Below are positions 13,837 through 27,319 of a stretch of DNA of 64,000 nt, piece after piece; the first letter of the stretch is position 1, and each line of letters starts with the position of its first letter. The position numbers and the translations under genes are program-made. Origin of the DNA: Eledone cirrhosa. Its lineage: Eukaryota. The notes under the pieces are model-generated. The model saw only the letters and a program-made list of their open reading frames with translations. It was not told the DNA's origin and ran no database searches. The DNA lies in assembly GCA_964016885.1 (NCBI GenBank), contig OZ024747.1, positions 45,384,001-45,448,000 of the forward strand, written 5' to 3'.

Positions 13837-13842
13837 ATACAC

Positions 13843-13993
13843 ATAATTGTCTCTACTTTTGGGACAAGGCCAGCAATTACCCAGTACATTACTGGTACTT
13901 TATTTTATCGACCCGTAAGGATGAAAGGCAAAGTTAACCTCGGCGGGATTTGAACTCAGAATGGCAAGGGCCGTAACTCTATACGTCAAAGCA
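13843..13993 (-). mobile_element. tRNA-derived SINE, 5'-truncated
   Basis: Reverse complement of the family consensus. Confidence 0.88.
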
Positions 13994-14096
13994 AGAAATA
14001 AACACACCAAATTGTGTGTTTAAAATTACGAGGGTTGAAGTACCACATTGGTTTGATAAATTTAACCTGAAGCAAATGGAAGATTTAGAATATATA

Positions 14097-14483
14097 TACA
14101 GACCATCTCAATAACTATTTGATTTCTCGGACAGATTAGAGATTTAATCTGTTTCGCCCTGAAAATTGTGTTTGTAACAGATAATCTGTAGGCTTTCCTC
14201 AGCGAGAGATAAGATCAAATGGAACCAACACATACAACTAAAAGCCACACGAATGAATATCTCACCTCGTGCGCTGGACGTTAGAAGTGGTGTGAGTGGA
14301 TATGCTAAAAATAATAGCCTTAATACACCCAACTTATAAGCTCACCTAGTTAGGGAGCCGAAATACAAATAAAATACAAAGTTACTAACTCATATTGATA
14401 CCCTGCAATTAACAAGCTCAAATATTGAGCTTGCTAATTGCATGGTATCAATATGAGTTAATAACTCTATATTTTATTTGTAT
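14097..14483 (-). mobile_element. Non-autonomous PLE/retrozyme-like element with hammerhead and fold-back end
   Basis: TA-flanked; HHR at 14125-14207; imperfect palindrome 14363-14482 centred at 14423. Confidence 0.7.
14125..14207 (-). ncRNA. Type I hammerhead ribozyme
   Basis: Minus strand reads TCTCG-CTGAGGA-aa-GCCT...GGGC-GAAA-CAGATTA(aatctc)TAATCTG-TC^-CGAGA; stems I, II and III all pair; GUC cleavage triplet. Confidence 0.8.
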
Positions 14484-14668
14484 ATATATATACATATATA
14501 TATATTATAATTTAGCTTCGGCATAGCTATATACATGCATGTATGTTAATTTCGTATATCTAATACGGTATGCTTAATAAATAGACATTTTGAAAGCCCA
14601 ACTATGAATATTGAAATGCTGATGGCCAGCTCCGTTTAGTGGAATCCAGCAGAAGCAGTAGGGGATAA

Positions 14669-14708
14669 CTATCTATGCATTTTGAGCTACTGGCTCTCAT
14701 CAGGAGAG
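14669..14708 (-). ncRNA. Minimal hammerhead, probably inactivated
   Basis: CTCTC-CTGATGA-GAGC cagta GCTC-AAAA (G12 to A)-TGCA-TA-GATAG; palindromic stem III ATGCAT; lies between direct repeats AATTTCGTATATCTAA near 14548 and 14843. Confidence 0.6.
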
Positions 14709-16229
14709 TGCTTCTCCATGCTCTCTGCTGGATTTTGAAACAGGTGGAAATATATAGTTTTTCATCTCTGTAGGTAGGCTGATAAGCATATGAAGCTGTA
14801 TAAGTTGGCTCAACTTAAAAGTAGAATTTAAATTTGTACGTGAATTTCGTATATCTAAAGATATACAGTGTTTAATAGTCAATAGCTTTTTTATAGAATA
14901 GAATGAAAACTTTTTTCTTTAGTAAACTAATAATAGAAACTAATAATAGAACTAATAATAGAAACTGCTTCATTTGATTTAAGAACAAAAAGTACCCTTT
15001 TCGGGTGTTGTTCAAGACTTCAGAAACGTCTGCATATTAAAATAGATAGATATAGTTAGCTCATTTAATCTTAGAATGCAATTACTAAAACAGTACGTAA
15101 AATATACCCAGAGAATGACGAAAAGTTTTATTTTATTATGTGTAAAATGGTTGTTAAGATTTTTGTAAATATTCAAATGTCATTATTTTTGAAGCGGAGC
15201 AAGTGCAGGAGAATGTCTGGAATGGCAGGATGGATTGGCAGTATAGTTAAAAAATCAGATTTTTATTTATGACCCAATACATCCTGAGTTCAAATCTTGC
15301 CAAATTCAGATTTACCTTTCATCATTCTGGTGTTTATAAATTATTAGTCCAGTACTGGGGTTGATAATATTGACTAAACTTTCCTTCAAATTTTATCTCA
15401 TATATTTATGTTATAAATTAGTTTTAATTTGTGTCAACTGTTTGCCTTCTAGGTTCAAATCTTACTGGGGTTTATGTTTAATTTACATCCTTTAAGAGTC
15501 ATTAGAGTTAGTCCTACTTATTGTTATAGTTTAGCTTCAGGTCAACTCAAATTGATCACCAAATATTTTAAGGGTAGTATCAAATTATCTAGTATGTCTT
15601 TGTACTATTTAAAAAGTCAGAATATGATTTGAAGGAGAAATGTTTGCTATTTTAAGCAGCTTGAGAAACTATGTAAAGTCTTCTCTATTAGTTTGAATGA
15701 AATTCCCTCCATTGATTTACACAGAATCCCTCTGTGGTTTATACAACATACTTTGTAGCCTAGTATTAATGTAAGAAATCAATATCTTAGAGTAGATCAT
15801 CATGCATAAATTAATGTTGCACAAAATATAAACATATTTCATTTAAAAAGGTGGGATCTCTCATAGTGTGATTCATTCTTTAATTTTTACAGTTGTAATA
15901 ACTCCACTAAAGATATGGTTTCATCACATTTTATTTAAGCCGACACATAGGCTGACTCTAAGGTGGTTGATTTGGCTGTCATTAATCAGGTATTTTTCTG
16001 GGTCTTTGCATTCTAAGTGCAATCTCTACTGATCTCAACATTGTCTTTCACCCATTTGGGTTTGATAAAAAAAAGTACCAAGTGTGCTTGTGCCTCCCTT
16101 TCTTCTTCCAAGTGTCACATTCTTAATGTTCTGCTGGATCAAGAGATTAAGGATGAAGATGGGATCTGTGTTTGCAAATGCATAGGTAACTAATTCCCTT
16201 AGCAAAGCATGGTACATACTACCTAATCA

Positions 16230-17256
16230 TACTCAACTGTGAGACACGATGATTGAAATTCTAGCACTGTGTGTAATACCTCCTTTAATCATTAATGCAA
16301 TTAAATGTCTATATACAAACAACACTGCAGCCATCGTCACACCACAGACATTCTCACAAGAGTGCTCCAGGGGAATACACTTGATTCCTTTATGTTCATT
16401 GTAGTGCTCGATTATATTATATGAATCTCAAAAGACAACATGAATGTAAAAGGTCTACAGCTCCACTCAAGACTTAGTTGAAGGCATCCAGCTCAACTTT
16501 GCAGATGACCATGCAATTACCACAAAAGCAGTGTCAGGTGTAGAATCACTGCAACAAGTTCTGGAAGAAGATGCAACACTTGTGGCACTCTACTGCAATG
16601 AAGGTAAATGTGAATACATCTCCACCAGTTCTCACACTTCCAAACTGAGATATCTATCTGACAAAAACATCAAGAAGCTGAAAGACTTCAAATATTTTGG
16701 AGCGCATGCTATGAACTCACTAATGGATTTTCATATTTGAAAAGCACTGGTATGGAGGGATTACAACAAATTGGACAAGATATGGTGCGGCAACATACAC
16801 AACAAAATAAAAATTGAATTCGTCCCAGGCAAGTTGAACCCATTCTGATGTATGGAGCTGAAGCTTGGACATTAACAACTGTCCTATGAAAGCAATTGGA
16901 GGGTACATACACCAACCTGCTTTAGAAAGCACAAAGCTTACACTGGATTGAGCATGCAACCCTACAACAAATATATAAAAAGCTGCATCAATATCTATGT
17001 GTTTATAACGAAAACATGTAGAATTAGCTGGTCACTGTTATCAAGCAGACAGAGATCATTTCATCCATCCTCTTGTAGAGGCCAACTGGAAAAGACTTGT
17101 TGAGGAAACTCCCTTTCTTAGATATCATTGTGCATGACTCAGGAATTGTCATCAAAGAACTTGGTGTTACAATGAAGGATCAAGAGGTGTGGAAGTTGAT
17201 CATACCATGAATCTAGACAGTTGTTTAACCCCATTAAAGGATGATGGTGATGATGA
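16230..17256 (+). pseudogene. Highly degenerate RTE-like LINE RT and C-terminal fragment
   Basis: Frameshifted motifs VLQGNTL..FMFIVVLD, FADD, KDFKYFG, ILMYGAEAWTL, LAGHC; GAT-type tail near 17240-17256. Confidence 0.7.
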
Positions 17257-17696
17257 GAACTGTAATTTTAGGGTGATAATATAATTCTTTATGCACAAGG
17301 CGTTTTTTAAGTTACGTCTGATGATGCAGTGATAATTGTTAAAGAAGATTTGATTTAAAGGAGTTCTCAAAGCTCTATTCATATTTCTTATGACATATAC
17401 ATATTGACTTGGTGTGAGAATTTGTTTGTCATGAATCAATGCCACCATTTCTGAATCATTACGAAATCTGTCATGGACTTCCAGGTGCGTCTCATGGACA
17501 AAAACACTCAGGTCTAAAAAGTCTTTTAGGGTTAAAGCAAAGACAGGGTGTATCATAAAAGGAGATCTAGACAGAATGAAGGTTCTAATGGAGTGGTAGT
17601 GGGAGAAAGGAAGAATACAGACAGCTGAAGAAGTGCATCAGTGGGGCTGGAAGAAACATTATAAAATACATTGTCAATTTGTGATATCAATCGAAT

Positions 17697-17850
17697 GCCA
17701 TGCTTTGTGGCATAGAGTTACGGCCCTTGCCATTCTCAGTTCAAATCCCGTCGAGGTTAACTTTGCCTTTCATCGTTACGGGGTCAATCAAATAAAGTAC
17801 CAGTAATACACTGGGTAATTGCTGGCCTTGTGCCAAAAGTAGAAACAATT
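17697..17850 (+). mobile_element. tRNA-derived SINE, 5'-truncated
   Basis: Family consensus. Confidence 0.88.
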
Positions 17851-18197
17851 AATTTTTCTCTCTCTGCAAATCTACCCTTCTCTTGACCTCTTACTCTCTC
17901 TCTCTCTCTCTCTCTCTCTCTTCACACACTCACACATTCAATCTTTCTAATGCATTCATGTGTTTGTATGTGTATATAGATATGTGTTCAAATTCATATA
18001 TATGTATTACCGGTGTATGTATATCTATAGATATTCATATACACACGTGCTTCTATGTGGATGTGTCTATGTATGCATGTATATTTTCATATCTACACAT
18101 TGTCTGTGTGTTTGTATGTGTGTGTGTGTGTTTAAATAAGTGCATTTAAATTTCTATGAAGTAATATATATGCATACAAGTCTCTCTCTCTCTCTCA

Positions 18198-18246
<49 letters not shown>

Positions 18247-18973
18247 TGCACATCTCATCACCATCATCATTGTTTTATGCTGCTATGGGTTGGATGGATT
18301 GTTAATTTCTGTGACTAGATAGTTCAGATAACCACATCTTTCTAAAACTTTCCAGCCTGGCACCTTTTCTATAGCTGGATGCCTTTCCTAGTGCTAACCA
18401 CTTTGCAGAGTGGCATGAGTGTATTTTATTGTGGAAATCAGTACTGCCTCTTTACAGAATGGGCTAAGTGTGTTTTATTTAACATGAGGCCAATCATTGT
18501 TCTCTCAACCAGGCAGGGGTAGGTTGTGATGTGGAGGGGAGGGGGCAGTCAGAGGAGAGCATGACAGAAGTGTCAGCTACATGCTGCTTGCTGTCAGAAT
18601 CACAGAGGAGATCAATGCTGTTGATCTTCCTTAACAGTTGCGAGATGCAGCTAGCTACTGATTTCTTTTTAATTTTCTTTTAAACAAGGACAGACCACAG
18701 CAACTCATTTATGTTTGTTGATCTAAAACCTAGATTAAACAACCTAGAAAATACAGAGATATCATTGTAACACAAAGATAGACTTCAAGAAAAGTATTTT
18801 TTCTGTTCTATATTTCAGTATTTTGCAAAAAACAACAGGAAACAAGCAAAATAAACACAAAATTTTCTATAGCAATACATTTCTTAAATAATCTATATTT
18901 AAGATTTACTATTCAAAACATTTCAACCACATTTCACACAATTCTATCTCTCCTTGTTTATTATTTTCTTTCT

Positions 18974-19427
<454 letters not shown>

Positions 19428-20745
19428 ATGTTTATTTTTGGTTATATTTCTTTTTGATATAATCTCTTCTATTACTGGAAGTTCCTAATTTTCTGCAACT
19501 ATAATTTAACTTGTCTGGTGTTCACAAACATCTCTCGATCTATTACAGAAAAAAACCAAATTGAGCAAGGTATCTTTCCATTTGACAACCTATCACATTT
19601 TTACGCCTTGAACCTAGTAAGTAGAAAGTTTACATTGAGAAGTAAATTGATAAATATTGCTAAATGAGGTAGAATTTCATCTAATATTTTATAACAACTA
19701 TCTATCAGACAAAGAGTTACCCAGATAGCTACAAGACAGACAACAAAATAGTGTCCTGTGAACTGAAAATTATATCTATTCATAAAAGGTTACGACTCAA
19801 TGATACTTTGCTTGCCGGAAGCTTTTAGAGCTGTTTTGCCACCAGACATGACTAAGTGAATAAATATATTTTAGAATGACCCGACATTTTCTCTGATAAC
19901 TTGATTGAGTTGTTCTGTTAAAAACTTCATTTGTTTTCGGCTTTTTGCTTTTTGTTTTGATTTTTCTTTTATCTTTGTACAGTATTTGTTATATTTCTTT
20001 CTATTATGTATTGTTTGCCAATGTCTTTTGATCTTGCTCCAGGGTAAAAGTGATAGCATGGATATCGATGGATAATCAATCATAAAATAAATTTTCTCCC
20101 AGAAAATTCTTTTGTTAGACTTCTGTGGTTGAATAATCTCTGTTATTTTCATTAGCAAATATTTCTAGGGGTTTTCAATGTTTTTTTCTCTTTTTTCTTT
20201 CTTTGTTTTTGGCATATGTTGTTTGCATGCTCTGTCTTGACAAATCTAATTCGCTTTCCTGAAATGAATATGCACTCAATTGATCTCACAAAATAAATAC
20301 CAAAAAATACGGTAGGCATTATTTGTTACGTATAAATAAAGGAAAATTCCAAAATGAAATATTAATATTTAATAAAAACGATTCATTGTTCTCGCAGGTG
20401 AAAAGATATAATAATAGATATATTGAAAAACGTTTTGTAAGTCCTATTACTATGATAATGCACACAGGTCAAAGTATGAATAAAAACGATTTTCTTCCAT
20501 TCCGATTAGTTAACACATTAGATTTATATTTCCGAGATTGTTCTTTATTCATATTCATTCAGAAGAAGGAAAAAATAGTCAAATTAAGATCAATATTCAG
20601 GGTTTGTTAGCTTGAAACAATTTATGTTTGTTATACAAACTGGTCAAATAGACAATCTGTCTCTTTCCATATTTATGGTGTCTGGGTTCAAATCCAACAA
20701 AATTATTCATTTTAATATATTTATTTTGAATTATATATTTACATG

Positions 20746-20777
<32 letters not shown>

Positions 20778-21975
20778 GGGTCGATTTAATTGACTTGCCC
20801 CTCCCCAAAGAATTGATGGCCTTGTGCCAAAATTAGAAACAATTATCATCTTTCTTCTTATGACTGTTGTTCCATGATGTCATAGGCTAGCAAGACAGTT
20901 TTAAGGCGGAAAGTTGGAAAGTTCCCCTCAGAGGCACAAGCCTGGGCAAGAATCTTTAGTAGAAGACCAGCAGTTGCCTATACATACCTATCTCCCCTCT
21001 CCACACCACCAATGTTGTCCAAGGGAAAGGCAGCGACCGAATACAGTTAATTTGGTACCAGTGAAAGTGCAACTCATTTCTACAGATGGTGTTCACATTT
21101 AAAATCATTTCAGTCAGGTTTCCATTCTGTTTGTATCCTCCTCTTTAAACCCACTTGACTAGGATGCTCTGCAGATGTCCATAGATTCTACCTATTTTTG
21201 ACAAAACCATTTCTGTGAGTAGTCTTCAGCAGCTCTTAACACACTGAGCACCAGCATTTATATTCTGCTTAACTTGCTAGAATAAGCAGCAAAATCTTCT
21301 TGAAATATTTCTTTAATATCTTGAAATATATGGGAAAGGTACATTGAAAAATATAATCTTTCAATATTAAAAAGGTGTTAGGGTGTTGGCTAGAATATCA
21401 TTGAAGATATATCGGCTCAATCAGGGTCAACTCTAAGTAAAACAAGAACAGATACTATAACAAGAATTGGGATTTTAAAGGTTATTTTTTTAAATGTTGA
21501 AACATTTGAATAAATTATTTAACTTAGAAACACCTGAAATTATTTAATAGTAATTCTCTGGATTAAATGCATTACAACAAATTAACAGAACCTGTATTAA
21601 CATAAAGAAAAACATCTTTTAGTAAATTTAATAAAAAATTATTTATCCTCTAGTATATTTCTAGTAAATAAATATATAAAAAATAAATATAGGAATAATT
21701 AAATTAAAAAATTAAAAAGAAATGTATAAAAGAATGTATGTAGGTCAGAATAGTCAAGTGATAAGTAACTTAAAATTCCATCAAGCTTTCTGGGAAATTG
21801 GGTCAGCTAATTTATATATATTTTTTCTGACCTAGAAATTAAAGTGAACTAGAAACTATGCAAAGTCTTGAGAAACTTTTCAAATGACCCTCCTCCTTGC
21901 ACACACGCATACATGTACATGGATATTTAAACTCACACTCGTAAATATACATTTATATATATATATACTCACATG

Positions 21976-22031
<56 letters not shown>

Positions 22032-22231
22032 TATGTATATATATGTGTATATATATATAAATATATATATTCATATATATATACATATGTATATATACAT
22101 ATACACATATATATATATAAATTTATATATATATACATTTATATATACACATATATGTATATATATACATATATATATATACATATATGTATATATATAC
22201 ATATACATATATGTATATTTATTTATATATA

Positions 22232-22795
22232 AATAGAAAAGAATGAAATGAAATGAAATTTCTCACTCTTAGTACGGCTGATACTTAAATATAAGTATAT
22301 ATACGTACATACATATGTATACAGACATACAGTAGTATGTATATATCCAGTAGGCATCTCTAACAAAATACCCCCCCCCCCCGTCCCACCACCCCCAACC
22401 CATCCACGCCACCCCGTACTATGTAAAGTTGTGTTGGTGCCACACCATCCAGGCCGAAACAAATGAGATCGTGTAGGTGTCACGACAAAAAAACACACAG
22501 TCCACGCTGTAATGTGGCCGTGTAGGCAACACGGTAAAAACCTCCCAGACCCACACTGTAAATGTGGTTGGTGTTAGGAAGGGCATCCAACTGTAGAAAG
22601 CCTGCCAGACAGTCCTATGCGAGCAAGACAATCACTCTTGCCTCAAGTGGGACTACCCCCGTCCAAACCCATGCAAGCGTGGAACACGGACGTTAAACGT
22701 TGATGATGATGATGATGATGATACATACATGCACACATATATATGTACGTATGGGTTTACCGAATATTTATTATAATGTTCGGTTACATACCTAT
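22232..22795 (-). mobile_element. TA-embedded non-coding element (sister of 28895-29857 and 30104-30328), interrupted by an RTE 3' fragment
   Basis: Shares TTTCTCACTCTTAGTA.GGC..TACTTAAAT.TAAGTAT..ATACGTACATAC; the segment after 22722 matches the reverse complement of about 30140-30220. Confidence 0.7.
22347..22721 (+). mobile_element. 5'-truncated RTE 3'UTR copy with (GAT)n tail
   Basis: Reverse complement of 23042-23400. Confidence 0.85.
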
Positions 22796-22798
22796 ATT

Positions 22799-22829
<31 letters not shown>

Positions 22830-22838
22830 ATATATAAT

Positions 22839-22898
<60 letters not shown>

Positions 22899-22923
22899 CA
22901 TACACATATATATATATATACAG

Positions 22924-23008
<85 letters not shown>

Positions 23009-23041
23009 CATATATATATATACATATATATTTATATACAT

Positions 23042-26000
23042 ATCATCATCATCGTTTAACGTCCATCTTCCACGCTTGCATGTGTTTGGATGGGAGTTTT
23101 CCCACTTGAGGCAAGAGTGGTTGTCTTGCTTGCTTAGGACTGTCTGGCGGGTTTTCTACGGCTGGATGCCCTTCCTAACACCAACCACGTTTACAGTGTG
23201 GATTGGGAGGTTTTTACCGTGTTACCTACACGGCCACATTACGGCATGGACTGTGTGTTTTTTTGTTGTGACACCTACACAACCTCATTTGCTTCGGACT
23301 GGATGTTGTGGTACCAACATAACTTTACATTGAAAGGGGTGGTGTGGATGTGGTGGGGGTAGTGGGACAGGAGTGTATTTTTGTTAGAGGTGCCTACTGA
23401 CTGTAGTAGGTTTCACTTTGTACTTAGGTAAGGCGGGTCTTCTGTATTACTGTGTAGCGCCAAAGATCTCGATCCAGTGACATTGTCTTGGAGAGGTGTA
23501 AGTGTGTGAGGTCGGAATATATCAAGTCGTCCCAGGTTTTCCTGGGTCTGCCTACTCCGTGGCTACCGTCTATTTTTATTGCCCTGCACTTTTTTATACA
23601 GCTGTCGTCTTTCATGCGCATCACGTGACCATACCGATGTAGTCTTCTCTTGAGTAAACAACATCTGATCCCACTTATTTCTAATTTTTCCTTAGTTCGT
23701 TTATGCTTTGCCATTCATGTATATTACTATTACACATCCAGCGGAGCATGCAAGCTTCGTTCTTCTCCAGTCTGAGAATATCCTCTGCACACAATGCCCA
23801 GGTCTCACTGCCATGTAACATTGCTGTTCTTATGCAGGCATCATACAGCCTGCCTTTCATTTTTAGAGAAGAACCCTTAGCGGCTAATAGTGGTATAAGC
23901 TCTCTGAACTTTTTCCATCCAGTTCTGACTCTAGCTACTGTACTTTCAGAGCAACCTCCACCACTGCTGATTTTGTCACCCAAGTAACGGAAGGTGTCCA
24001 CTATTTCTATAGAACCATCTGTGCAATGGAATGAGCTAGTATTCTGTGGGCACTTGCTGCTACTTATTGCACCAGAGCACTGGCCACATATAAAATCTAT
24101 ATTTTTAGTTAGCTTACCTGTGATCCCACTACATCTTTTATGCACCCATACTTTGCATTTGGGACATAAAATGGAGTTTCTACCTACTCCTTTCTAACAC
24201 ACTGAGCATGGCCATTTCCCGGATGGGACCGGTGCCCTATTTTCCTTCCTAAAAACTAGAACTTTATTCTTAGCCAGGTTAATTTTAAGGCCTTTTGATT
24301 CTAGGCCATGCTTCCATGTTTGAAATTTCTTCTCTAGTTCAGCCATTGATTCAGCTATGAGCGTTAGATCATCTGCGTATAGGAGTTCCCATGGGCAGCC
24401 GGTCTTGAACACCACTGTTATAGCCTGAAGGGCAATAATAAATAGTAGGGGGCTAAGAACAGAGCCCTGATGAACACCAACTTTTACGCTAAACTCTTCA
24501 CTATATTCGTTGTTAATTCTAACCTTGCTGACTGTTTCTTTATACATGGCTTGTATAGCTCTCACAAGCCGTTCATCAACACCTAGTTTTCTAAGAGCCC
24601 ACCAGATAATGGAACGGGGGACTCTGTCAAAGGCTTTCTCCAAGTCGACAAAAGCTAAGTATAAGGGTTTACTTTTAGCTAGGTACTTCTCCTGTAGTTG
24701 TCATACAATGAAAAGAGCGTCTGTGGTACTTTTACCTGACACAAACCCAAACTGCAATTCATCTAGATCAATTCGCTCTCTGATTAGTTGCGCTATTACT
24801 TTTTCTGTGACCTTCATGACCTGGTCGATTAATTTAATGCCTCTATAGTTACCCCTATCTAGGGCATCTCCTTTACCCTTGCAGCAGTTAATGATGATGC
24901 TGCTACGCCAGTCCTTCAGAACAACTCCATTCTGTATGACTTGGTTTACTATCCGGGTGACCATGGTGTGTCCCACCGTTCCAGAAGCTTTCAGCATTTC
25001 AGCAACTATTTCCGAAGGCCCAGCCGCCTTACCTGTCTTCATATCTTTGATTGCCTTACTTATTATACTACCTTCGACTAAACTGCTGGTCCCTCTATCG
25101 GATCGATGTGGGGGAGACTGTCTTTCTCCCATTTATTCTCGTCATTTAGTAGCCTTTCGTAGTGACACTTCCAAGCTACCTTCTTATCAGCGTCAGTGAT
25201 GGCAAGTACACCATCATCATTAAGGACACACTTCTCCCCGACAATATCACGGTTTTCCTTGACACATTGCCTGGCAATCCTGAACACCTCACGTTTTTGG
25301 TCCTCGCGTTGTAGAACATGCTTGAACTTTCTTTCCTCTGCTTCCCTTCTTGCGAAGTACACTTGTCTCCTAGCTTCCCTCCTGGCCACTTGATAGTCTT
25401 CTCTACTTCCCCCATCCCGCCATACTTTCCAAGCCTGCATTTTGGCCTTAATTGACTCCTCCACCACCACGTTACTCTCCTCCTGCCTATATGCCTGCTC
25501 CAGCCACAGACTTCATCTGCCGCCATCAGCAGGTTTGCTTTCAGGAATTCCCACTGTTCCTCTATATTGTACGACTCTAATTGCTCTTCCTTACTGTCGA
25601 AAGTATCAAGTAATATGCTTTTAAATTTATTACTGGCTGTGGGGTCCTTTAGCTTCCATATTTTTCTCCTGAGGATAGTCCTCTTCTGTTGTCGAGTACG
25701 TCTGGTCCTGACTATGAGGTCGCTAATTATGAGTCGATGTTGGGAGGTGCATTCTTCATGGGAGAGGGATTTAGTGTTTACAACAGACACTCTGTCACGT
25801 CTTCTGGTAAGGATATAATTTACCTGGCTGGTATGTTCCCCCTGATCTGTAGGTGATCAAGTGATTGTCTCGTTTTTTGAAGTTAGTGTTACAGATAGTT
25901 AGGTTATTTGCGTCACAGAATTCCAGGATTCTGGAGCCTTGCTCATTTCTAGTACCAAACCCATAGCCTCCATGGATTCCGTCATAGCCGTCACAATGTT

Positions 26001-27057
26001 GTCCAACGTGACCATTTAGGTCGCCGGCAATAATTATATAGTCACTCTCGGTCATTTGGGAGGTAGTGAGCATCAGTGTCTCATAGAATCTGTCTTTTAT
26101 AGCGCCAGGTAGTCCGGATTGGGGTGCGTACGCAGATATTACTGTCACAGTAGTTCTATTTAGAACAAATCTTATTTTAATTATTCTGTCATTCACTCTA
26201 TTTACGTCTATTATCTTATCCACCCATTTTTATGCTAACATGATACCTACCCCACCCAGCCCATTGTCATTTCCCACCCAGAAAGGCTTATAGCATCGTT
26301 TTTTACCCACAATGAATCTAGCAGACCCGCCCTCCACCTGGTCTCTTGGATACAGCAAACATCAACCTCCTTATGTTCAAACATTTCTACAACCTCGTTA
26401 GAGCGGCCTTTTAAGGTGCCTACATTCATGGTACCAACTCTGAAGTTTGGGATTGCGTTAGGTGGGTGGGGCGCGGGGAGGGGTGAGGGCGATGGGGTTG
26501 GGGTTATGTTGGCCATCCGCGGCCGAAACAAAGAGGAGGAGTCCTTGCCCTTTCGTCCGGTAGCATGAGGTGAATGTGTCGTTGTCTTTGGCATTGTCTC
26601 CGAGTGTCCAGATTCTTCAGACTCTCCAGAAATTCCTTACTCCATCCATCATATCGAAAAGCAACCAGGAGAAGTGATAGCATAGGCCGCTGACTTATGA
26701 TTGGTCCAAATTATAATGGTGGAGAGTGGGGGAGGGGTATGGCGTAGTTAGCGAGGAGAAGGTTTTAAATAAAGCATATAACAGTAACAAGCGATATACT
26801 GGGATTTTAAAATACACAAGATTATTTAGGACAGCCAGACAGAATTATAGAATAGCATTGAGAAAGTAGGATTGGATTCTTGGCGATTATACAGATATAT
26901 GGATGAATGAACCGAAGGGTGGGGAGACAAGAAGAAAATGGTATTTTTACATTACATTACATTTCGTAGAAGTGGACTGACCATTAATAAGAGTTGACAA
27001 ATTCTGAGATTCGTACCTCGTAACAGGTTTATTTATATTTGGTGCGAGTAGGGAGTG

Positions 27058-27136
<79 letters not shown>

Positions 27137-27255
27137 AACAGGCACGTATGTGATAGAGAGAGGTGGGGCTGATAGAGATTTAGAGGGCCGAGAGAGGCCA
27201 TTTTTATGAATCCTGGAAAATTTCGGCCAAAATGGTAGTTAGCGAGGAGAAGGTT
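23042..27255 (-). mobile_element. Near full-length RTE-clade LINE, inactivated by frameshifts and stops
   Basis: APE endonuclease (NVGTL, IQETRW, SAYAPQ, GDLNGHVG, SQHRLI), RT (KAAGPS, NYRGIKL, QFGF, EKAFDRV, GVHQGSVLSPLLF, YADD, FRYLG), C-terminus GRPRKTW; (GAT)n tail at 23042-23052; the 5' limit is inferred from the (TA)n junction. Confidence 0.93.
23424..26594 (-). pseudogene. RTE ORF (APE-RT-PHD) split over several frames
   Basis: Consecutive ORF-track fragments 26247-26594, 25795-26223, 25176-25790, 25078-25470, 24701-25132, 24194-24643, 23681-24145, 23424-23714. Confidence 0.9.
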
Positions 27256-27260
27256 ATATA

Positions 27261-27298
<38 letters not shown>

Positions 27299-27319
27299 TT
27301 ATATATATATATATATATT

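Noticed and set aside
19720-19765. Possible 42-nt minus-strand micro-exon (FTGHYFVVCLVAIW) with AG/GT ends
   Set aside because: Such signals arise by chance in AT-rich DNA, and I found no partner exons.
27130-27255. Possible HDV-like ribozyme at the RTE 5' end
   Set aside because: Only a GGCCGA/TCGGCC pairing is visible; I could not build the nested double pseudoknot.
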